Shown piece after piece: positions 1 through 12,300 of a DNA stretch of 64,000 bases. The translations under genes were made by a program, and so were the position numbers. The first letter of the stretch is position 1, and each line of letters starts with the position of its first letter. Source of the DNA: Octopus bimaculoides (taxonomy: Eukaryota); assembly GCF_001194135.2 (NCBI RefSeq), contig NC_068992.1:7029900-7093899 (forward strand). Reading direction: 5' to 3'. The notes beneath the pieces are model-generated. The model did not search any database. It had not been told where the DNA came from and saw only the letters and a list, made by a program, of their open reading frames with translations.

Positions 1-33
<33 letters not shown>
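1..33. repeat. (AT)n microsatellite
   Basis: Pure AT dinucleotide run at the window start. Confidence 0.95.
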
Positions 34-34
<1 letters not shown>

Positions 35-90
35 CCTTAAGGCAGTGCTCCAGTATGGCGACAGTCAAATGACTGAAACAAGTAAAAGAA
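34..90 (+). mobile_element. 3' tail of abundant tRNA-derived SINE (family A)
   Basis: ggcagtgctccagtatggcgacagtcaaatgactgaaacaagtaaaaga matches the 3' end of the full copy at 56715-57105. Confidence 0.8.
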
Positions 91-1339
91 TATGTATGTG
101 TGTGTGTGGTGTGTGTTTACATATATATAGTTTAATGTACACAGTATAAAGGTATAAGCTATGAATAGTTTCATACATTGAAGAAATCATGTAGACAGTT
201 TTTTAAATCATGTGTTGCCTTTAGAACTCTCAAAAAAGTGTGTCTGCTTAAATGTATATCTGTGTGTGTATAAGCATACACCTATATAATTGTATATATT
301 TACATACATGTGTTTATATTCTTAATTATACACTCTCACATATTATTGTTAGAGTTAAGTGACAAATAACAACAATGATTTATTGACGAAAGGACCCAAT
401 AATGATGGTAAACTGAAATTTATTATATATAAAAATTCTGAGTTGACTTCAGTTTTCACCTCTTGAGGCTTCTTCAAACCTTTTGAATAAGCCTTCTCTT
501 ATTTTCGCCTTTCATGCTCTACCTGTCTGTCTATCAGTTTGTATGCCTATATAACTGTGCGTTTTTGTATAAAATCACATATATATTCTGTCATCTTGCA
601 TGTGGAGATTTTAATCATGTCACTGGAGGATATGTGACTATCACTTCCATTTTATGAAAATATGTCCTCTGATATAATTCCCTTTAGCATATATGAAATT
701 GTAAATTTAGTTTTGTGTGTGTCTAAATCATTCTTTTACCGTTTCTTTCCTCTTCTGAAATATCACACACTAATGGCCTGGACCTTCAGAATCTCATATT
801 TCAAGCAATTTTCGCAATACATATTGTCAAAAATCAATTTCATGAAGAATTCTAGAGAATTCTAAGAATTAACAAATACATTGAATTCCATGTAATAACA
901 TTGGAGAAGAATTTAGGAATGTGTAATATGATTTTTATAGTAAAACTAAAATTTATAATGAGTGAGTGCCCTCGTGGTTTATTGTAATCCATCAAAAATA
1001 TTAGAAAAACTCATCTATGAAAATACTGAGTTTCAGTTCATATGCTCTTATTTTTAAAAAAAATGAAGAGATATTTTCAGCTGGGTTTCTTTTCCTTATA
1101 AGACTGCTTGGTCTGGGCAGACTCGAGGTTAAACTACAACAAAAAAACATCAACTACAGCAATTGTTTTGGGAGTACGTAATAGCAAATCTACATGTCTT
1201 TTGAATATAAAAATTTTGGATTGAGATTACTGGGAGTACTTTGTTATAGAACAGCAAGCATGGAGTAGAAGATTTGTAAACTGTTGCAAGTGGTGGGGTG
1301 TGACTCAAAGGAGAGATTTCATTTGTTTTGGTCCCTGCC

Positions 1340-1640
1340 TTGGGGAATCTTTGTTGAACAACTCAACCCCAGTACTTATGTTATTTTTTAAAGCCTGGTA
1401 TTTATTCTCTCAATCTCTTTCATTGAACCACTAAGTTACAGGGATGTCAACACACCAACACTGGTTGTCAAGTAGTCTTGGGGAACAGATACAAAGACAC
1501 ACGCTCATCAAATCAATTCATAAGGCTTTAGTCAGTCTGAAGTTATAGTAGAAGATATTTGCCCAATGTGCCACACAGTGAGACTGAAGCCAGAATCATG
1601 TATTTGGGAAGTAAACTTCATACCAAACAACCATACATGC
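1340..1640 (-). mobile_element. Decayed SINE family A copy
   Basis: Diverged reverse-complement match to 56715-57105 (ctaagttacagggatgtcaacacaccaaca, tatagtagaagatatttgcccaatgtgccacacagtgagactgaa). Confidence 0.75.
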
Positions 1641-2639
1641 ATAGTTTTGGAAAATAAATTACCAATGTGACACCCACTATGAAAAAAAGAATTTAAATCA
1701 GTGTTAGGATATTAATGCAGAGAGATTCTTAAAAATTTTAACTAGAAATAATTATCTGGCAAGGAAAAGGCAATACTTTTCAATTACTAATATCATTTTC
1801 ATTTTTTCAGCAAATATGTGAGAGAACACAGGACATGTTTTGAACTCAGGTCTTTTTATCAAAGTATAAACTTGACTGCATTTGTCAAAGTAGTGATGCA
1901 AAAATCACTAAATAATTGTACAATATTGTACACTAGTAGAAAATTTAATTATTCTGTCTGGCAAGTATCAGACACAGCTCCAAACATGCTTTAGTCTTAT
2001 TCAGAAAATAACTTAGTATTGACAAAATCTATTTTTGCTTGCTTTCTCTGCAATCATAATAAACATGTTAACACAGACTGAGCAACAGACTAGATGGAAC
2101 ATGCACAAAACTTCTCCAGCGAAGTGAAGGCGGTACAGAATGACAACCATCTATTATGTGGTTTTACATAAAAATGAATCATGGTATATCTGGTGCCTTA
2201 CATCTGAACTTTTCAGTTGCCATTAAACTTTTGTTTCTTCACTACTATGTCATGTGTCTCTTTGTTTAAGACTAACATTAGTTATTCAGCAAAATCCACA
2301 TGAATTTTCTGAAATACCAAAAAATTATTCTTGAGACAACATGTTTTCACTCTTTGTCTTCAAAAGATTATTTCTTCCTGGTAATGATATTTCAAAACTC
2401 TTGTGTGGTTTTACTAAAAAGTGAAAGACTTCCTGTTGTGTCTGTGCTTTGCAGTTTAATTCAGGCATTATGTCATTTGTCTCATTTTAGTAACAGACTT
2501 TAGTTTAGCATGATCTAGCACCTACCCACATCTACACATGCATATGTAATTCTACATATACATATATGTAAAGTAAAATACATTTCTTTCAATTTTGTGA
2601 TTGAATATTGTAACCATTTGATCAACTGAACTACCTATA

Positions 2640-2850
2640 GATTGTATTAATATATAAGTGGCTGAGTATTCCACATACACTTGTATTCTTAATGTAATAC
2701 TCAGAATTAGCATCATACAGAATTAGATCAGAAAGAGTACCTGCACCTCTAAATCCATGCAATGGACTTGTAGGCACATCGTGAGTGTGTGCCCAATCCA
2801 TCCAATGGGTTTCAGCACAGTTCCCTATATCCAACTTTATTCACAAAGCG
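2640..2850 (-). mobile_element. Decayed SINE family B fragment
   Basis: Reverse complement resembles the 3' half of 8063-8430 (gtctgtggagtgctcagccacttg...); the ORF track gives similar peptides (CGILSHL vs CGVLSHL). Confidence 0.55.
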
Positions 2851-3645
2851 AGAGTCAAATCTTGACAATGTTTTTTCAAGAAATAGATCGAATTCAGGGC
2901 CATATAATTTCAAAGCAAACTTCTCAACCACTTGCTCATGACTAACTCCACATGTTCACATATACAAATGCATGCTAATACTGTATTTGTTCTGTTATCC
3001 AGCCCTATTCATTCACAACATTTTAGGTTAAAACAAAGATTATTGAGTGCATTTAATGGAGTTCAGTCTGATACAAGTGTTCAAACCAGGTTTTCTCTTC
3101 TTCCCACCAGAAATAAAAACTCACACAGTTACACACGCACACATACTCATATATCTATGTATAAATAGATGTACATAAATATATATAAACTGAAAATATA
3201 AGCTATTTTCGGAGCATTGTTTTGAAGTAGAAATGTAGATGTAAGGATGCTTTAACAATGCAAAGATATATTTTTTCCAATATTTTAAATTTTCACCTTA
3301 AACACTCTTTTACAAAAGAGCATTATTTTAAACAACTTTTCCTGTCTGGGCCCCAAAGGGTAAATGAAATTTTCGTCTTTTTTCTAGTCTAACAGCATTG
3401 GTGTTGATGGTATTTTATGGCATGAATCCAACTATTAGTTAACTGATCAAAGTTCAAAATTTATTTTTTCATTTTCCAAAGAGGCTGGAAATTGAATAAA
3501 AATAGCTGATAGATAGTGTCCAGAAACTGGCTTTGTGTGAATTAGTAAGCTGAAGTAGACAGGGTATTTCAGAACATTGTTTTTTTAATAGAAAAATAGG
3601 AATAAGAAAACCTTACCAGTGCAAAGAATTTATGTGTGTAATATA

Positions 3646-3760
3646 TCATCGTCATCATCATCATCATCATCATCATCGTTTAATGTCTACTTTCTATGCT
3701 GGCATGGGTTGGACGGTTTGACTGAGGACTGGCAAGCCAGGAGGCTGCACTGGCAGGGGA
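3646..3760 (-). mobile_element. RTE-clade LINE 3' end with (GAT)n tail
   Basis: (CAT)n followed by cgtttaatgtctactttctatgctggcatgggttggacg; the same motif occurs at 6874, 39428 and, on +, at 41954. Confidence 0.75.
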
Positions 3761-3983
3761 TAGAGAGGAAGTGAGAAATAGAGGGGTGTAGAAAAGAAGA
3801 AACACAGAGGGGGGGAATAGGGAAAGAGAGAGGTACTATGAAGGAAAGAGAGAGGGTGATATAAGGAAAGAGAGAGGGTGATATGAGGAAAGAAAGGGAA
3901 AGTGTGGGGTGTTAGAGAGACAGAGGGAGGTTGAATGAACATGTTGTGACATCTTTCTTGATGCATGTGTTGCTTAGCCCCCC

Positions 3984-4034
3984 NNNNNNNNNNNNNNNNN
4001 NNNNNNNNNNNNNNNNNNNNNNNNNNNNNNNNNN
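3984..4034. other. Assembly gap (N run)
   Basis: Run of N. Confidence 1.
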
Positions 4035-5047
4035 CTCCCACATCAGCCATGACTGAGCAGTTTTTGATTAAAGGGATTGCAGCTCTGACTACACCATTTT
4101 AATTCCAGCACAGTTTATCACAGAGTAAGATTATCCAATGTGTCCCTTTGATTTAAAGATAATAATGTGCAGTTTGAGATCGATTTAGTTGCCATTTTTA
4201 ATAATTTGACCAAGTGCAGATAGACTTCAATATACTTTAGACTATATTATCCAATGTTTTCTTACTTTTTTGAAACATTTCAATTGATGGATATTTGGCT
4301 GCTGTTTTTAGCAAGTTGAGAAACCACATAACAGCTTCCTCTTCAGTTCATTTCTTTAATTTGAGAAAGTTTCCAAAGACAGCTTAATTTCAAACCATTA
4401 TCTATTTTGTATTCTGTAAGTATTACAATCATTCAGTATTTCTGTACAACATATTCCCATGTTACTTCTAAACTATTTCTCTTTATTTTTTCCAATCAAT
4501 TATACACGCTAATATATTTTGTGCTTTTTTAAAATTGGCTTCTAAGATGTTCTCAAAACATTGCAAACCATACAGAAATCTGAATGTCATAAGAATGTGT
4601 TTTCTAATGAAACAAATAAATTTTTGCTTTTATGTTTTCATTTGAAGAGTTAAATTATATGGACTAACAAAAATAATATAGAAAAAAAAAGGCCAGAGTG
4701 GGCTGTTCAAAATATTAAATCACCAACTGTTGAGGTATACATAAATGTGTTTGAATTGAAATGATATGCAGTGATTCTGGCCAGTTTGATGTACCAGCAT
4801 CTCATTATACACAATCTATTGTTTTTGGTGAAACACAAGGAACAACCATACTTGTACAACTTTGTAATAAAAGTTAGTATTGAGAGCTAGTGACAATTTC
4901 TTGTTTTCAAATTATTCTTCTCAGATATGCTAATAACAGTCAGCCAACTGAATCCTTGAAAATTTCTTCTCACTTTCATCCCAGCTAGATGCAAAGTAGT
5001 TTTTAAATTGGTTTGTGAGAAATTCTTGAAGTATTGGGATGTATGAA

Positions 5048-5401
5048 ATTGAACAGAAATTTGAACGCCATGACAATGCGCTTTTTAATAAAACAAAAGT
5101 GTTGTTATATTTTCTTTCTTCATCATATTTCGATCTTTAGACACCTTTATCAAATAATACAGTGGAACAAAAAAATCTGACAGTCGACGGGTAGAAATCT
5201 CAATACATCACATTCAGTTTGAATACATTCAACTCTACCTTGACAGCCAGCAGTTTTAATCTTTTAGTGTTCTATATTTTTTTGCTTTCCACAGAGTTAT
5301 ATGAAAAAGGTTTCTAAGATTGAAATATTATAAGTGAATAGAAAAAACAATAAAAGTTTGTTTTATTAAAAATCGTGAAGACATTCAAATTTCTGTTCAA
5401 T
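5048..5401. mobile_element. Fold-back (palindromic) MITE-like element
   Basis: Perfect 18-bp terminal inverted repeat attgaacagaaatttgaa (5048-5065) / ttcaaatttctgttcaat (5384-5401). Imperfect complementarity continues inward almost to the centre (tttttaataaaacaaa, atatttcgatctttagacacc, gtggaacaaaaaaat). Confidence 0.75.
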
Positions 5402-6409
5402 ATTGTATGCCATTTTCTAGAAAAAAATCTACTTTTGTTTGTTATGTTTTTGTGATGACCATCAAATCGAATATCTATCCATCTATCTCTCTATCTCTCT
5501 GTCTGTTTGTCTTCTGCCTGCACAAATATAGATAAGTCTATCTACCAACAGATAGAAAGAAATTTTTTTATTTGTTTATGTTTCCATTTACCTCCATATC
5601 CCTGTCTATATCTCTTTATTCCTTTCTTTCCTTATCTCTCTCTCTCTTTCTCTTCTTATTTACTCACCTGTCTATCCATTTATGTATACCAGTACCAAGA
5701 CCCCACCCATTCCTATCTCTTATTCTTAACTCAATAATATGCTGTCTCATGATATACCATTGACAAGAGATTACAGCAATGAACTTACACAACATAAATA
5801 GATCATAGGATCAAACCTTCCCAAATACATTCAATTGTAATCTTTCTAATTCATTAGTTTTCTCCCAGATATAATTGATATTTCTTTATATATTCTGTTC
5901 CTGTAAGTGCAATACTCTGATACTTTGTAGTATTAATATCCACATCTGGATTTTCTACTTATTATTATTAAAAAAGTTTTAATCAAGGCTTAACAAACTT
6001 GTGTACATTTAATGACTTATGTAAATAGAAAAATGTTTAGAAAAAGTAAAGGTATTCACACATACTCACCTCACCCCAGTTCTCTTTCTTTCCTCTCTCA
6101 TTCTTCTATTCACCATGTCAGTAATACTGTCATGAATGGACAGAAACAATATAAAGAAGACTATTTTGAACTGCTGAGGACAAGGCAATATCTCTAGTGC
6201 TGATGCTTCTCTAAAATGCACCCATTACACTCTATCAAGTGGATTGTATTAATTAGGGGCATTCAGTGATAGAAACTACACCAAAAATGATTCTGTGACC
6301 CATCCAGGAAGGCAGTAACTCCAATTAACCATTTCAGACAGTGATTACCCATCTAGCCCATGGCAGCATGGAAAGAAGTTATAAAATGGTTCTTCTTCCA
6401 CCTCATGAT

Positions 6410-6647
6410 CATTATCATCATTTCTATCATTCACTCTTCCATGCTTGCATGGGTTGGACATAATTTACTGAGTCTGATGATTCTATGGTTGGATGCCTTT
6501 CCTGTCAGCAACTCTCACCTGTTTAGAAATAAGGTAATATTTCCCAACAACCAGACATCTTTTCCCAAAAGGCTGAAAATGAATGACACCAGTTGCATGA
6601 TAGTGACATTCACTTAAAACAATTACATGATGTCAAGGCATGAAAAC

Positions 6648-6650
<3 letters not shown>
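6410..6650 (-). mobile_element. SINE/LINE fragment with RTE-type 3' tail
   Basis: ccatgcttgcatgggttggac and ggatgcctttcctgtcagcaac motifs are shared with the other RTE tails. Confidence 0.55.
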
Positions 6651-6697
<47 letters not shown>

Positions 6698-6873
6698 ATA
6701 CACTTGCATACATATGCATGCATATACACTCATATATACATATATGATGAGCTTCTTTCAGTTTCTATCTACCAAATCCACTCATGAAGTTTTGATCAAC
6801 CTGGGGCTATTGTAGAAGATACTAACCCAAGGTGCGAGACTGAACCTGAAACAATGTGATTGATTACAATATA

Positions 6874-6935
6874 TCATCATCATCATCATCATCATCATCA
6901 TCGTTTAACGTCCGCTTTCCATGCTAGCATGGGTT
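6874..6935 (-). mobile_element. Short RTE LINE 3' tail
   Basis: (CAT)n + cgtttaacgtccgctttccatgctagcatgggtt, identical to the tail at 39428. Confidence 0.8.
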
Positions 6936-7342
6936 ATTTATACAAATATAAACACACACATACACACACTTTACAAAAGTAATATATTTAAAGTGTCTTT
7001 ATGGTGGATGTGTATGTTTCATTAGCTACATGAGGGAATTTTTTTAGTCCTAACACATGATCTCAGATCAATCATTTGCCAGACTAAGGGAACTCCAGAA
7101 ATATACATACATAAATACAAATATGAGCTGGTGACTTCATAACACGATTGAGAAATCTCTGAAAAAGTGACTTAAAAATTCAATATGGGGACATATTTGA
7201 ATATTTCGTGGAATTGTTTTTCTAGATAAGAATGAGTACTAAAAAAAAAGAAAAGAAAAGAAAAAAAGTAACTATTGGTTTGGAAATGAAAAACAATTAG
7301 ATGCCAAGAAAATGCCTGTCTGCCGTGAAATTATGAATTATG

Positions 7343-7589
7343 NNNNNNNNNNNNNNNNNNNNNNNNNNNNNNNNNNNNNNNNNNNNNNNNNNNNNNNNNN
7401 NNNNNNNNNNNNNNNNNNNNNNNNNNNNNNNNNNNNNNNNNNNNNNNNNNNNNNNNNNNNNNNNNNNNNNNNNNNNNNNNNNNNNNNNNNNNNNNNNNNN
7501 NNNNNNNNNNNNNNNNNNNNNNNNNNNNNNNNNNNNNNNNNNNNNNNNNNNNNNNNNNNNNNNNNNNNNNNNNNNNNNNNNNNNNNNNN
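7343..7589. other. Assembly gap (N run)
   Basis: Run of N adjacent to an AT/AC microsatellite. Confidence 1.
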
Positions 7590-8062
7590 ATATATATACA
7601 CACACACACACACACTTATACACTATGTGTATGAGTGTATATGCAATTGTGTGTGCGTGTGCATATGTATTTAAATATAAATGATTTATTCAAAGATGAG
7701 TTGGGTCACTACTGGAATTTTCTATTTCCACTATAGTGAGTAAATCACCCCCCCCCCACACACACACACATTATCTATTGCTAAGTATTGATCAGAAGAA
7801 GTACTCAATACAGATGTAGTGTGCAATAGTTTATTTAGGCGTGCTGAGTGACTTGTTACTCTTGAATTACCAAAGCATGTGTCCAGTTTCACAGTGACCA
7901 ACACCTGACCTAATGCTGACTTTATCTGAGGAACCAGCTATACACATGCATGAACACATATATATATATACACACACATATGTGTATATATAGTTATCAC
8001 ACTTTAAATTTATCTATTTGTTTATGCATTTAATAATTTTTCGGTAAATATGCTAGATAAGT

Positions 8063-8430
8063 GGAGGCGCAATGGCCCAGTGGTTAGGGCAGTGGACTCG
8101 CAGTTTCAATTTCCAGACCGGGCGTTGTGAGTGTTTATTGAGTGAAAAACACCTAAAGCTCCACGAGGCTCCGGCAGGCGATGGTGGCGAACCCTGCTGT
8201 ATTCTTCCACCACAACTTTCTCTCACTCTTACTTCCTGTTTCTGTTGTGCCTGTAATTCAAAGGGTCAGCCTTGTCACACTGTGTCACGCTGATATCCCC
8301 GAGAACTACGTTAAGGGTACACATGTCTGTGGAGTGCTCAGCCACTTGCACGTTAATTTCACGAGCAGGCTGTTCCATTGATCGGATCAACTGGAACCCT
8401 CGACGTCGTAAGCGACAGAGTGCCAACAAC
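8063..8430 (+). mobile_element. Full-length young tRNA-derived SINE (family B) with 13-bp TSD
   Basis: tRNA-like head with A-box (tggcccagtgg), CpG-rich body and short (AAC) tail. Exact TSD atgctagataagt at 8050-8062 and 8431-8443. Confidence 0.9.
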
Positions 8431-10834
8431 ATGCTAGATAAGTAAATATACTATACATCTTTTGTTAGAAGATATGACTTATCATTGAATTAACAAGCAC
8501 CAAGTGATTCACTTTTTATGGATCATTAAGTCATATACAAGGTAAAGCCAAGAAAACTAATGTTGATGTGTGTTGACAAAATGGAATGTATTATTTTGTC
8601 GTGAGAAATTAATTTGACAAAAATATTCATTGTTTTGATTGAGCATTAATTTACTGTAGTCTTTAATTGATGTTAGTTAAGAATTATTAACCAATATGAG
8701 ATAAGCAGTTGGGTGGTTTGGCAAAATCCATTTTAAACATTAGAGAAATATCAAAACAATCATTTGCCACATTTAGTTTTGGCCATTTATGTTCTGAGTT
8801 AAAATTGTAAAATAACTACCAGTCCAGGATCAGGGCTGATATCATAGACTGACTCCAAGTTCAATAGGCTTAATCACCCGTAGATAGATACCTGTCATCA
8901 CCATAATTCACTTTATTTGCATAAATAAAATCGGAAGACAGAAAATCTTTGTAGATATTATCAAATACTGAGGAACAATTGATTCATTAAGATGATAAAG
9001 AAAATTTTTTTACATTATTTTTTTTTATTTTGGTTTTGGTGTCTCTGCTTTTGTTGTTTAGACCACAGGTTAGCTCTAATCAAGTAGATTTATGGCACAT
9101 ATGTAGTCAGTTGAATGACTATGTAATCAATAGATCCATTGTTCTAGATACACCACAAATTTGTCTAGAGGAGGAAGGACCATGCTGTGCATTCTAACAA
9201 CACAAAAATAGCTGCATTATCAATAATAATCTCATTAGCCCCAACAACCTTTGTGTTACTGAGAAACAACCTATGTTGCACTTCAACCAAGTCCTATTTG
9301 CCTGCTTCCACTCTGGTTGGGGGTTGCTGCCATCCAGTTTTCATTTTCATTTTTTTTTCTTTTCTTCTAAAATAAAGAACTCCAGACTATATTTTCTTTA
9401 TCATTCTCTGTTATAGTCATTAAGTATGGCTTGAAAAAGATTTCGATGCTGTTTCTAGCAAGTAGAGTAGTCTTGTAGTGACTCCTTCATTGGTTTATGT
9501 TCCCTGGTTGAATTTAGCATGTTAACGTTGATAATATTAACTCTAGATTAAATTACCAACTTGTTTGGTATCTTCGGTGATAATTTCTGGTTGGCAGGAA
9601 GTTAGATTTAGTCCATGTTCAATAACTGTCTTCTCAGGATTCAGCGTTGGTTACACATTATCACCACCACCACCACCACTACAAAATTTGGATTTCCAAA
9701 ATTCGTAATTATTTTGATAATATGAGATATTAGTATTATCATCATTATTGCATTATTTTTTTTTTTTGTTTGTTTTGTCTCAGATCATTACAGGAGACAA
9801 TAATTTTCTATTAAGACTTGTTCTTAATGTACATCGTCCATGATTGTAGGTTGACAGTTATGGAGCTGAAATAAATGTACAGCCACCATTGTTACATTTT
9901 GGTATTTTCTTATTTTGTGCAGTTTGGTTTAAATATGTTGGTGATTTTTGCTGTAGTTTAGCCTAGGTCTCTATGGATTAAGTAAGCCTATGTTCAAAGT
10001 ATTTCAAGCATGGCTATCCTATCCTATTTTCAGATAATATATATTTCAGGACAATATTATTCTGTATGTTTTACCTATTTTTTAAGATGTTGAAACACTT
10101 AAGAAGTTTAAGGAGATTTAGGTCACTATTTTCAGCAGGTCAGCTTCCATGAGGAGACTTCCTTATTGACTATGTAGGTGTGAGAAGAGTTAGGATGGTA
10201 GAAGAGCTGGATGTGATAATGCAGGGAGCATTGTTTTGCATTTGCTTCATGTCAACCAGATTGAGCAGACTTGTGATCAAAAGTGTTCTAACCATCACCA
10301 TCATGTCTTTGTATATCTAGCATTACAATGTAAAAATATATTTTCCTTCAAATATAAGATGCTAAGAGTGAATTGTATGAGATCTAGATATTATTTCTAG
10401 CAGATCAAACAACCACATAAAACAACTCCTTTGTTGACCAATGATGATGATAATGATAATAATGGTGTTGGTGATGAGGCTGATATCCTGACAGTCAAAA
10501 AGAACATGTCACATTGAACAAATTATTCTGAAAATATTAATAATTGAATAGTTAATTGTGGAAACCTCTGATTGGTCAAAGACTTAAATGTGTAGCAACT
10601 TTTTGTCACTGACAGAATGGATTCTGTGTAGAGGCTCTCTCATTGGCTGAAAATTACAAATTGCACATTTTCATATCTTTTGACCTGCATACGCTAGAAA
10701 TAGTAGCCAAATTTTCCTGAAATCAATACTTTGGCATCATATAAAAAGAAAGTACACGTTATATAGTGTAGTCCAGGACAGTCCCAGCTGCAATGCTTTT
10801 GTACATCTGTTCAATGAAAGTTACCAGAGGCTAA

Positions 10835-11260
10835 ACAAAAGCAATTGTATATAGCATAGAATTAAGAGTTAAAGACATTGATGAAGTTAAAATGGATAAT
10901 ATCCACCTGAGAGCTGCCATCTTCAAGAAATTCAATGAGTTGGCCCCAGCAGCAGTAGTTAGGAATAAATCCAAAGTGTAAAAGTTGAATGTTATGAGAG
11001 TTCCAGAGTAACTCTCTGAAACAGGACTCCATAAATTTGGTGTTACTGCTAGCAAGACTGACTGGACAGTAATTGACATGTGATGTGCAGACATCCATTT
11101 TGAAAGGGGGAATAGCACTGGCAATTTTCCACAGTTCTGGGATAACACAGTGATTTTGGCAGAATTTGTAAAAGTAGTGAAAGCTGGTATGGTAGAAAAA
11201 GCCCGCTGCATTTATAATTTGTGCAAGCTGCTGCAGTATTCACGAAGTATAGATTTTTTG
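10835..11260 (+). pseudogene. Decayed coding-like segment, possibly non-LTR retrotransposon ORF1 (RRM-like)
   Basis: One + frame reads ~140 protein-like codons with 3 internal stops (ELRVKDIDEVKMDNIHLRAAIFKKF...KLNVMRVPE*LSETGLHKFG...KARCIYNLCK). Family assignment is by eye only. Confidence 0.3.
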
Positions 11261-11917
11261 TTAGTCTGGAGTAATAAAAATTTTATAAAAAAAAAATAAA
11301 TAAACAACTACAACACTAAAATATTACAAAAATGTATTTTGAGGTATTTATGTAATTCCAGCTTTGAAAGCTAAACTTTACTGTTTATCATAGGAAGAGA
11401 TTAACAAGACTGGTTTTTTCTATAATTCTTTGTAATTGGAGATTTTGGGAAAAAAGACTAATTTCTGAAAATAAATACGTAAATACATTTAAAGAGTCTG
11501 TATCTTAATCCTAAGAATTTATCATTATTCAAGCCTAGATAACAGAGTAGGCAATAGGAATGACAAAGAGAAACAAGAAGAATACTGGTAAATAGGTAAA
11601 TCTTGAGACGTTAGATATATGCAAATTGCCAAGTGTGTACAACATATGAGTCTCGAAAATATCAAGGAATTAAGTTACCAAGAGAGGATTGAAGCAGAAT
11701 ATGTTGTTTTGTGAGTGTGTTGAATAAATGTCAGGGTTGATGATATTAAAAGTTATTTAGAAAACAGATAGTTCCTATAAGACTGTGGCTAAGGTATCAA
11801 AAATATTACAGTTAACCATTTCCAAAAGACTCTTCAGAACTGATACTAACTAGATTATGAAGAAGGTGGCATTAAATTAAAACAAAAGCCATCATAACTT
11901 TAAATCAGGAATTGGAG

Positions 11918-11939
11918 AGGGTTAGGGTTAGGGTTAGGG
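11918..11939 (+). repeat. Interstitial telomeric repeat AGGG(TTAGGG)3
   Basis: Exact agggttagggttagggttaggg. Confidence 0.9.
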
Positions 11940-12167
11940 TAGGTAAGTGAATTCACAAAATTTTGAACGGTAAATGGGAGTTAGGTATGGAGGGAAGGGA
12001 TTAAAAAGGGCAAATTGTGTGCAGGAAGGTAGGAGAACACATGAGGGAGAATGGAGGGGAAGTAGAGAAACAGTGGTGGTGGTGGTGGTGGTAGTGGTGA
12101 GCATAGGTAGGATGTGGGAGAGTGAGGGAGTCATGGACATGGGTTTTACTATCCTGGAAGGGTCTTC

Positions 12168-12300
12168 TCAAGCACCGCATATTGCCAGTTGTCTCAGTCC
12201 ATTGTCATCTCTGTGAGGCTCAACATCTCTGGAGATCAATTTTTCCACTTCATCCCATGTTTTTCTAGGTCTTCCTCTTCTACGAACATATTGACACATA
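12168..12300 (-). mobile_element. RTE LINE ORF2 C-terminal fragment
   Basis: Minus strand reads as a decayed GRPRKTWDEV...MLSLTEMTMD..NWQYAVLEKT, the typical end of RTE ORF2. Confidence 0.6.
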
